From Amphiscolops sp. MND2022 (lineage: Eukaryota), in the NCBI GenBank assembly GCA_964187785.1, contig OZ076421.1, positions 52,452,001-52,516,000 on the forward strand: a DNA stretch of 64,000 bases, written 5' to 3'. The notes under the pieces are model-generated. The model did no database searches. It worked only from the letters and a program-made list of their open reading frames with translations, and was not told where the DNA came from. The translations under genes were made by a program, and so were the position numbers. Below, in pieces: positions 24,301 to 34,833 of this stretch; positions within the stretch are counted from its first letter, which is position 1, and every line of letters starts with the position of its first letter.

Positions 24301-25081
24301 TCGTGAATCTCAAGGATATTTGTTGGAATTCCTGAAAGTCCTTGGCTCGTGTTCTTATGCCAAGTCTCGTATTGCGCGGTCCCTCAGTTGTCTTAGTGTC
24401 GATATGTTATTGGGTGGTGACGCTGAGTATGTTGTGGATTTGTTCCAGGACCTTGTCCTTTGCCTCCAGGAATCGGGATGTCTTGGCGATGTGGAACGTG
24501 ATGCCGCCACGAACGAGTTTAAATCCCTTGTTATCGATTTACGTCAGCGAAGTGTTGATTGCTCGCAGATTTCTGATGTCTTCAAGTATCTGGAGGGACT
24601 TGAGAGTTACCAGTGTCGGGCCTTTGTAAAGCAAGTTGTGCGGCTGGTCCGAGTGATCGTTTGTCCTGCTCCTAAATCTATGCCTCCTGTTGATATTTCG
24701 ACTAGCGGGACGAGTTTGCCTCCTTCTGTGATCCGGTCAGGTCTCCGAAGTGTACAGTCATTTGTACTACATCCTAAATTCATGTCTTCCGATTTGCTGA
24801 CTGTGGAATGTCTGGAGGAATTGAAGATGAATCTGCCGAATGGTCCTCAGTTCTTGGATTGTGGCGCCTTCAATCCATGGGTTGGTGTGAGTCGGCATCC
24901 CGTTGAAGAGATCTACAACAGTCTGTTCGAATGTTATAATGCCTATTATTCTGGGCAAGTGAATGACTGGCGGATTCGGATGTCGTCTGGTGCGGTAGTG
25001 CCTTCGAGTTCTACTGTTGGTCGTGCTTCTATGGATTGTAGTCAGCCGGGGTCGTGTTCGTCATCTCAGGCGGGAAAATGA
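21329..25081 (+). CDS. antisense multi-exon cargo gene of element 2 (~1,087 codons; zinc finger + inactive hAT-transposase-like protein)
   Basis: Coding exons 21329-21620, 21704-21943, 22050-22253, 22392-22520 and 22683-25081, all phase-1 GT..AG introns. The last exon is an uninterrupted 799-codon ORF containing CSVC-x16-H-x5-H. The only lesion seen is the in-frame TAA TAA TAA TAG at 21362-21373. Confidence 0.88.
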
Positions 25082-25615
25082 GGTAAACGTGCTGCGCGTC
25101 AGGGGAAATCCTGTTGAAAACTATTTGAAACTAAACTTTGATGACTTTGATTTATTTTCTTTGTTGTTTCTTTTATTGTGTAGTCATTGTTTCGATATGA
25201 GGTTCCGTCTGTCGGTTCCGTTGTTAGAAAGAGAAAAGAAAAAAAAATCGATCAATTATGCTCTGGTAGTATGGAGCAAAAGAAAAAGGTTGAGGCAGCT
25301 CGGTGGTCCACTGGGTTATTCAATTTAGTTTTTGGCCTCTGCATCGTTTTCATCAAAGTTGTAGATTAGAGTATCATGAGAGATTGCTTGTAGATTGAGG
25401 AGATTTAGAGTGAACATGTATGACAGTTGTCCTGGCCACCGTTTAGGGCGTGTTCGGTTATCTGGTCTCAGGCCACTGCCTGGACTGAGGCTTGCCATGA
25501 TCCGTTTCTGTGTCATTGGCGAGGCCATCATTCCGATGTATACTATTATTCCTCAAGTCCGTGTCGTAGTTGGGTGGGTGGGTTGGTAGGAGAGACGATG
25601 ATCCTTCCTGGATGA

Positions 25616-28600
25616 TTAATATTCAGTTTGTGCGATAGCGTCGATGTTCACTGGATTATAGTACGCATAATCTTTTTTCCAGTTTGCTGGCGGGTTCGCT
25701 CGTAGATTGTATTTGCTTTTCCTGGGGGAATTGGGGGGCGGGATCGCACTTTCATGATTGTTTGAATCAAAGCTCGGTATTGAAACTTCAGGGTGTTCGT
25801 CCGGGTTGGCTATTGAGGGGTGGGCTTCTGGGTCAAACGTTGGTGTATCCTTTTGGGCGAGCTGTTCTTCGGGGGACTCGGTAATTGTTATGGTAGGTTC
25901 TTTTTGAAAAGAAGTGTTTGGCGTTTCGGCGAAATCCTCGGAATCCGACTGCCATGTTTGAGCGTACAGGTCATAATGGAAGACGTCTACTTCCTTGTCC
26001 GGAATATAATCTTTGGGCAAGACATGTTTGTCCGGAAGTGGTTTGTCGGTCGGGCATGGTTTTAGTCGGATTCGGTGGAGGATTTGCGTGTAGTTTGTCT
26101 GTAATTTCCGGATCAGGTAATTGTTGTTTGTAATACTTTGACCACAATGTAGGGTCCTGTCCAGAGGTATTCCCTGAATGGGATTTTGGTACCTTGGGTG
26201 TTCGCTCTGGGGTGAAGTGCGTAGCAGTATTCGTTGACGTGGAGAGGATGGGCATTTGCTTTTTTGTCATAACATTGTTTGTATCGTATGTAGGACTGCA
26301 TTAGGTTTTTGCTCACGGTCTCCTTAATCTGTTGGGTTTTGTGTAGGATGTCTTCTCCCAGATTCGTTGTTGTGGTTGAGTGTTTTTCATTTCGTATGCC
26401 GAACTTGAGGTCCAGTACGTTGTAAGGGATCCTCCCGTGAAATACTCGGCTAGGTTCGCACCCCAAGGCGGAGTGGTATGACGTGTTGTAATTGAGTGTA
26501 GCTATGGCCACGTACTGGTGCCACATGGTTCGTCTTTCTCCTGTGGAGATTTTCAATGATTTTTTGAGTGACGCGTGGCTTCTCTCTAGTATTCCAATGG
26601 TTTGGGCATGCTTGGTGGTTGCGTGTTTGAGCTGTATGCCAGGGTCCTGGCTGCGTCTGCCATGACTTCAGACATGAATTGGGTACCCTTATCTGTAATG
26701 ACGATGGTTGGAAGGTAGGCGTGGCGAGTCATAATGTCTACAAGGACTCGGGCTACTGTTGGGGCGTCCGTCCTGACTACGTTGTACGTGAAAGGATAAC
26801 GAGAGAAAACGTCCATTGCTGTTATAATAGCATTATAACCTCCAGAGGGTTCATCAAAAGGAACGATGTCCATTTGGAGGGCGTCTTCTGGTCCTAAAGC
26901 CATTTTGGACGTATCGATCATCGGTGGCGTGATGGACCGTTTGTCCGTGCGTTTGGTTTGCAAGCATTGGGTGCATCGGGAGATGTGGTGGGCTATCCTG
27001 GCTGCCATTCCTGGGTAGTAATACTTCTCCCGGCATTGTTGTATTACCTTGGCTATCCCTGGGTGTTTGCCTGCTTGTCCGTGGTGCGCTAGGATGAATG
27101 GTTCGACTAGGTGCTCAGATAGCAGAATCTGTAGGAATTTGACTTTGCCTGTTTGGTCGTAGTACTGCCGGTATAGCAATCCGTCTTTTAGTATTATTCT
27201 GCTGTCCTGGGCAATGTATCGAGCTGCGCGGGGGTCGCTTGCTAAGAGTTGTTCATTGTACGGTTCTTTGAGCAAGCGGAGTTTGTAATTTCTCAGGACG
27301 TTGTCTTGGTCCTGTTGTTGTCTCATTGTTTTCATTGGCCCATTGTGTCCATTGTTGTTTTCAGGGAGGGTTTGGGTTACAATTACTTCCGTTTGAAATA
27401 TGGTAACCTCTTTGTCACTAGGTGCTGTTTCGGTGTTTGTGTCTTCTGGATGTGGTTTGTTGTTGTTGTCCTCAGTGATTTTCTTTCGTGCTCGCAGCTT
27501 ACGCTCCCATATCTGTTCCTCCGTTTCCGTGTCGTCATCGGGCATGAAGAAGAATTGTTCTTCTTCTGCAACATCGGACGACTGGATGTTGACTTGGATG
27601 GGAGTGGTCCGTATGTCGTCCCTTATTGTGAGATGGACTTTGTCCTTTGGCTGAATGTCGAGACGGGACAGGAAATCTGCTGCCGTGTTCACTTTGCCTG
27701 GCACGTGAGCGATAGTGAAATGGAACTGGAGGACAGACTCACACGCGTTCCATAGGGCTGGAGGGATAATTTTCGTTTGGAAAAAACGTGTCACAGATTT
27801 GTTGTCCGTGAGGACGACAACCGGTTTGGTTGATTCCCAAAGAATGTGGCTATATTCCATGAAGACGAAGTAGATAGCCAGGAATTTTTTTGCGTATATG
27901 AACAGTTTAATCTGGGAGGGAGAGAACGTTTTTGAACCGAATGCCACTGGTGCATAGGTTTTTCGGATCGAGCTGATCTTCTCTTCTGGGTTTTCTTCGA
28001 TCATGAGGGCGTAGCCCGCGTTTTTGAAATTGGCGTCGGTCATGAGCACGTATTGTCTGTTGGGCATGGGTTGTTTGAGCCACAGGCCGCATGCGTTGTC
28101 CAAGGATTTGTTGATGTTGGTGAAACTGTCCATGATCTCGTTTGTGATCTTGATGGGTTTTTCAGTTTTGATGAATTCGTGGAACGGTGCTATCTTTTCG
28201 GAAAGTCTAGGGATGTAGTTCCGATAATAGTTGACGAAGCCTATGTAACGCTGGAGTCCCTTTTTGGTCTTTGGGAAGGTCAGTTTTTGCAAGTACTTTC
28301 GAATCTTCTGATCTTGTGGGGCGATTCCTTCCGTCGACACAGTCCGTCCAAGGATTTGGACTTCCTTGGCACCGAACTGGCATTTGGTCATTGTCAAACG
28401 CAGACCTGCCTCTCGTACGCACTGAAAAACCTCACGCAGGTTGGTCTTCAACTCCTCGGCGTTGTGGGTGGCAATCCCGATGTCGTCAACGTACTGAGCG
28501 CACTTGTCAGCTTTGATGACTCGATCAAGATATTCTCTCATGAAGCTCGAGAAGGAGGAGAGGGACCTGCTGAGCCCCTGTGCGAGTCGCAGGTATGCGA

Positions 28601-31029
28601 ATGTTCGACTGGCGAAATTGAAGGCTAGTAGTTCTACCGACTTTTTGTCTGCCATTTGCAAGACGTGATAAGCCTGGGAGCAGTCCAACTTGCAAAATAA
28701 CTTCTTTCCGGCAAGATGTTGGGCTGCGTCGCAGAGGGTGCCGACTGGGTGGTTGTTGTTCGTGTAGTCGTCAGCTATTAGATTGTTGATCTTTCTAAGG
28801 TTTTTTTCTTGGCTTTCTTTGAGCAAATATGGGACTAGCGTATTTGCTGAACGGGAGGGTGGTTATGATGCCGTAGTAGTGCATCAAGGCTAGTTCTACC
28901 GTGAGGTCCTCTTTGAGATTCACGGGACAGGGTAGGCTCTGTGTATAGGCTGGTTGTTCGTTCTTCGGAGTCAATTTTATCTTGAAGTCGTGATTGACGC
29001 CTATGTCTAGGCGGTGGCGGGCGAATATGTCGTGGTATTCGACAAGGATGTTCTCGATGTCCTCTCTATCGTGGCTCTCTAACTGTGAGTCGTTCCACTT
29101 GAAATTTTCGAGGAATTTTTGTCTGTCCTGGGGGCCCGATGTTGGGTTCAGTTTCTGGATTTGCTCCAACTCTTCAATCTCTCTGAGGATCCTTCTTTGT
29201 ACGGGGGTATGGGTGGAGGGATCACCCGGATTGTCTGGGGTTGGGAACCAGAACTGTTGGGATGTTTCGGGTTTTTCTGTAGTTTTCAGCAGTTCATTTA
29301 CGTACTCGAGTGCTTGCTCTGAGTCGTCCTCGGTTAGGACCTTTAATGCCGCCGTGGATAAAGGTTTGATGTTTTTTGCTTCGTTGGGGGTTGTGATGTG
29401 GAATTCGGCCACACTGTGTTCTTCTTGATGGTAAATGGAGTGGGTGAGGTGTTCGTTATTCTAATCGGCGTCTTCATTTCGTGGATAACTGACAAAGAAC
29501 TGGCTATTACTATTGGTTTATCCTCCGTGTATGCCGGTATGGGGTGGATGACACCGGTGGTGTCCGCAATCGATCTGATGTTGACTGAGGCCTCGACTGT
29601 GATGCATTGGTCGGGGGCCAATATTGTTTGATTGAGGATAGTCACTTTATGTGTTTTCGTCGGTTGTTCATCAGATACAGGTTTTATTGCGTAGGTTAGG
29701 TGAGGGAAATGGAGGAGGCCCTGGCTGGCGTCCAGTATGGCGCTATTGGACTTCAGGAAGGTGAGGCCAAGTATGGGCCCAGTGATTTTGTTGGCCACAA
29801 TGAAAGTTTCTTTGAATGTCCAATCTCCTATTTCAAACTGTATTTGGATGGTCCTGATCGGGGTTTTCGCCGTTTGCGACCTGTAGTTTGAAAGGTGGCG
29901 GATCAGATTCCTTCAGGATGTTAGCAGGGCTCATATTTTTGAGTTTTTGATATTCGTTCTCGGGCATGCAGTTGACCAGGGCACCTGAGTCGATAAGGGC
30001 ATCTATTGAGAAGTGCTGGAAGTCCATTGGTGCGAACAGCATGTGTCTCTTCTGTTTAAGTGCGATTGCCAAGAATATTGGTAGGCATTGTTCTCCCGTT
30101 GGATTGTTTGTTGTGGTGATATTTTCTAATTGGTGGGCATCGAGTTGTACACATAGGCTATTGTCACCTTGTTGGGTATTTGTGGGCTTGGGGTTTCCAT
30201 CATCGTTTAGTTGCTGGTTTTGTTCGAATTCACAGGTCAGTGCCCGTTTGATGCGCCTCGTTTTTGGTGCTGGGTTGGTGGTAGTTGTAGTTGCAGGGGT
30301 AATGGTGGGGTCCCCGGCTCTGTTTGTGTCTGGTACTTCGGTGGTGGAGGTTCCTGGTTGGGTAGAATGTTTCTTTATTGGGTACTCTGGACTTTGGGGG
30401 GATGATGGTGATGACGTCATTGCAGCCCGGATTTCGTTCGTGGGTGCCGGAACTCTTGAGGGTGACCTGTGTTCGGTCATGGTGGGTGAATGGGGTTTAA
30501 GAATTGGTCGGAGGGTTATTGTCGGTGGTGCGACGATAACTTGTAGGTCACGATCTTGTTCTTCGGCGTGTTGTACGGGTGAATGACTGTCGTTGTCATC
30601 GTCTCGCCTTTTGGTGATGTCCAGGTTCATGTTCGTTCTTTTGACGAAATCGTGGAAGGGTACGTTGATCGTCCCTTTAAATGTTAGGGTCTCCTGGTCG
30701 TATAGATCTGGGTTGTGGTAAGGATCACAGTTGTAGTCTGGGTCGAATATATAAGTGAGAGGAGTAGAGCTGGGTGGAAGAGGGCGTCTAGTTGAGTTGT
30801 ATAGTAGAGGGTTTTCTTGATACCATTCTGGGTACGGTAGTTTGTCGATGGTGGATTTGTTGAATTTTGTGAGGCGCCTGATGAGCCATCTCCGCTGCCA
30901 GTCGGTAGATGGTTCTCCGGAACACTCTGCGAACATTTCTAAATCATGGTCCTTCGGGGGTTCAGATGTTGTGTAGAATCGGTAATCGATGTTATCCCCG
31001 AAGCGAAGATGTGGCTTTAGGAGTTTTTT
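25616..31029 (-). pseudogene. pol: pol of element 2
   Basis: PR ALIDSGA; RT CAQYVDD; RH TDANFKNAGY..LTDNKS; IN HHCC, MDIV/MDVFSR/TDKGTQF and WTGPY. Frameshifts near 29870, 29400, 28810, 26640 and 26130. Confidence 0.96.
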
Positions 31030-32413
31030 GACTCGTTTTCTTGTGGTGCCATGGTTTGTGGCTGTTGCATTGGAATATTTTGTGGATGCTGGGCGATGGG
31101 GATATTGTTTGGTGATGTTGCTTTGGGTGTCTTCCACCACGTGGGGCGGTTCGCCCAGTTTGCTCCCGAATAGCAATCTTTTGTCTCGTGGCTCATTTTC
31201 CCACATGTTTCACACGGCGAGGATGGGGTTATGTTTTGGTTCTTTTGGGATCGTTTATCCCTGTTGGTTTTGCGGCAGTTCCGTAGGAGGTGTCCTGGAT
31301 TGCCGCACCCGAAGCATGTCCCCGTTGTTTTGGGAGGTTTATTCTGCTGTTGTTGTAAGCTGGGTTCGATGTTGTGTAACCCTGTTATTGATGGGCTATC
31401 GTTAGTGGCGAGTCCGTTAAGTTCGATTTCTCGTTCCAAGTGCTGTACCATGGTTTCGTATGATTCCGTTTCGAGTCTGGCCTGGTTTAGGACCTTCTTG
31501 AGGTGTGGTGGCATCTTGGCATAGAAAGAGGTTTCTATGAAACGGGGAGCGTCTTCTCCGTAAGCTTCTTGAGCTAGCTTTTGATATTGCTCTAAGAAGT
31601 CTGGGAATGTCTGTTGACTCGGGTTGAACGACAGATTTTCCTATTTGCAACGTGCAGTTGCCACTGACTGTTGTCTCACGTATCGTCAGCAAGAATGTCA
31701 TTCAGGTGTTCTCGGGTTACATCTGTCATGTTTCTGAATGTTTGTAATGCTTCGCCTCTCAGGAGAGAATGGAAGTAGTGGATTTTTTCCTCTTCTCTAA
31801 TGTTCGGATATACTTTGAGGCTTGTTTGAAAAAGATCCTCAAAATGCTCGAATTTGTCCGTTTTCCCGTCGAATGTTGGCATAGTAGTGGACATGGCTTT
31901 TGGTAGTCTAGGGATGCCGGAATTGTGGCTGGTTGCTGTTTGCAGCGATTGTAGCAGTTTATCAATGATATCATCGGGGTACCTCTGGTTTGGAGGTGGC
32001 AGGCTTGTTGATCGTTGGTGGCTGTTGTCGTGCTGGTTCGCTGAAACTCCTGTCACCATATGTTGACTGACTTCTTGGTGGAATGCGTTTAGTTCAACAG
32101 GGTTTGGTTCCGGAACTGCGTTTTCAATATTTATTCCATTAGGGCTCGAAGTAGTATCATAGGACGTCCTGTCAGCCAACGAATCTATTTTAGAAGTCAG
32201 GTTTTCTATCATCTTCAGAATTTCACGCTGACCAGTCTCAGTGTCCTTGATCCTTTTGCTCATTGACTTCTCAATCTTATCTGACAAGTCTGCGAAGTCC
32301 TTATCGGAAATACTGGGGACGTTTTCCGTCCTCATACTTGAACATTCGGGTTCGCCTACAGAACTAGAAATCGACTCGCGTCGGGCTTTCCTCTTAGAGC
32401 TTTGTTCTGGCAT
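31017..32413 (-). pseudogene. gag: gag of element 2 (starts inside the 5' LTR)
   Basis: ATG at 32413 and two CCHC knuckles. A 10-bp deletion lies near 31688. Ends at slippery AAAAAAC (31023-31029) before TAA. Confidence 0.93.
32047..32058 (-). other. primer binding site of element 2
   Basis: TGGTGACAGGAG, identical to element 1 and family B. Confidence 0.8.
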
Positions 32414-34003
32414 GATGCTAGTACGAGGCGTTGAAATCTTCAGGAATAACTCAAGAATTCTCGACTAAACAGAGAAATTGCGGATCGCAAAATTTTAGTT
32501 GACGTTTTATTAGATAGTGGTTAATTCGCGACAAAACAAAATTATTCAACTAAAAATGCCTTCCAAATTCCAACATATTTATATTTTTCCTCTTGGAGAA
32601 GCGGGGATTAGTGCAACAGTATTTCACAACTTGTTCAGCCCGGCGTCCATCCCAAGCGGGGAAACCGGAAGTTTAGTTCCACTTTGTCGAACTCAGACCT
32701 TCAGTTTGTTCATGCTTCCCAAGGAAAGCAAGCGTCCACTTCCGGTCTGAGTTGCGACTCCGCTTCCCTTCTCCTCCAATTTCCCGCTCTTTCAAGACGC
32801 CGAGGCTGAACTTGACAAAGACAAAGGCAATGAATCATCGGAGATACTGCAAATTGAATATGAGAATTGGGGAAAAATGATGACAAGCAATATTTATAAA
32901 ATACTTCCCAAATCAATAAAATAGTATCGTCCTGTCTTCAGATCAACAAAATATCACACTGGAATATGAATGGGTAGATTGGGCCGCTTGAGTGGTGTTT
33001 ACAGAGCTGATTTGACTGAAAACCTGCAAAGCTTGGCCCCAGGTTATGGTCCGGGACGAACAAAATTTGCTTGGGAAAAGGTGGATAAATACTAGTGACG
33101 AGTATTATGACAACATCATTTGTAATATGGTTAACAAATTAACGATAACAGGTTCAGAGGATAGGATGTACACGTTATTAAATGCACACAATTATTAATT
33201 AACACTGCATCTTGAGCCCAGGCTGTGGTCCAGGCTTGTTCATTAATTTATCACAATTTACATGCAAACTATTATATGTAATATTTACGGTAATCATATT
33301 GGCCATACTCTATAAACTCCAGATTCTTTCCTGAACAAGATTTACATGGTAACATTAACATCTTCACTTTAGAACAACTTTGGAACATGTTCATTTTCAG
33401 GCCGCATCCCAGGCCGTAGTTCGTACTATTCTAAGCAATCGGCACGAGGTATTTATTGTTAGATCAATTGCACTCATATTGTCATTCGGTTACTGCAGAG
33501 GGTATTAGAATGCTTACATGTATTTGCTAACACATATAATTCTATTGCGTTGTGCTTAGCGGCGTGATTTGTTCTCAGGCCGCTTGCCAGGCCGTGCGCT
33601 TTACAGGCTGAATTTGAGGCCGGCTGCCAGGCCGCAGTCCCGCTTTAGAAATAGTTGGCCGCTCGTTAGGCGGCGTGGTTCGCGTGTTATTAACTGTAGC
33701 ACTGTGTTATTATTATTATTATTATTATTATTAACTGCACTATAGCTCCGTGATGTTGCAAGTACGTATGTATATAAGTGTATATAATTATATATAACTG
33801 CTAATATATATATATATATGTACTTATTTATTCAATTATTTCACAAATTATATCATTTAGCGCCATGGTCTTAATTCGTATGGGATTAGCTGATTGTTTT
33901 TGATTGTTTATTTTCGTCTTCCCCTTCGTTTTTTTCCCAATTTATTCTCCGAAGACTGAGTTATGTTTGCTGCAGAATTCACAGCTCAAGTGGGGCTGTG
34001 ACA
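32059..34003 (-). repeat. 5' LTR of element 2
   Basis: Near-identical to 18705-20635. The PBS-side terminal base is mutated (plus strand tatg instead of tgtg). Confidence 0.95.
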
Positions 34004-34008
34004 ATGAT

Positions 34009-34615
34009 CAACTTTGGAACATGTTTATTTTCAGGCCGTATCCCAGGCCGCAGTTCGTAGTACTCTATGCAATTAGTACAAAATATCTATTATTAGATCA
34101 ATTGCACTCATATCGTCATTGGTTACTGCTGAGGGTATTAGAATGCTTACATGTATTTGCTAACACATTTAATTATATTGCGTTGTGCTTAGCAGCATGA
34201 TTTGTTCTCAGGCCGCTTGCCAGGCCGGCGCTTTACAGACTGAATTTGAGGCCGGCTGCCAGGCCGCAGTCCGGCTATAGAATTATTTGGCCGCTCGTTA
34301 GGCGGTGTGGTTCGCGTGTTATTAACTGTAGCACTGTGTTATTATTATTATTAACTGCACTATAGCTCCGTAATGCTGTAAGTACGTATGTATGTAAATG
34401 TACATAATTATATATAACCACTAATATGTATGTATTTGTTTAATCAAGTTTTTCACATATTATATTATTTAGCGCCATTGTCTCGGTTCGTATGGATTTG
34501 GCTGATTATTTGTTGATTGTTTATTTTCGTTTTCTCCTTCGTCCATTTCCTAATTCATTCTCCAAAACTGGGTTGGATTTGCTGCAGAATTCACAGCTCA
34601 AGTGGGGCTGTGACA
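34009..34615 (-). repeat. 5' LTR of element 1, right part
   Basis: Matches 5374-5981 (subtype a) and is followed by TSD CCCTC. Confidence 0.95.
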
Positions 34616-34833
34616 CCCTCAATTGATCATGGTGCTGCACGAGGTTCATGTCTGCACTGTCTCATCCTAATTTCTAAAAGAGTCTCTACAAAATCAAGTT
34701 TTCCTGCTGTCACCGAAACATTAAATTATAAATCTCATCATTCAAAACTCGATTTATAATTCGTTACAGAAAAACTCCATCTTTATACACAACTCACTAA
34801 AATAGTGGCTCAAATAAATTGGAGATCGTATCG

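Larger units (their letters stand above)
18705..34003 (-). mobile_element. Gypsy element 2 (family A, subtype b), full length, 15,299 bp, nested in the 5' LTR of element 1
   Basis: Has its own LTR pair (18705-20635 and 32059-34003) and TSD ATGAT at 18700-18704 and 34004-34008. Confidence 0.97.
4055..34615 (-). mobile_element. Gypsy element 1 (family A, subtype a), full length, ~15.3 kb excluding the nested element 2
   Basis: Bounded by TGT..ACA LTR termini with identical 5-bp TSD CCCTC at 4050-4054 and 34616-34620. Order on the minus strand is LTR-PBS-gag-PR-RT-RH-IN-cargo-PPT-LTR. Confidence 0.97.

Noticed and set aside
4055-34615. Tandem array of two elements sharing a central LTR
   Set aside because: The ATGAT TSD around 18705-34003 and the split subtype-a LTR (17387-18704 plus 34009-34615) show nested insertion instead.
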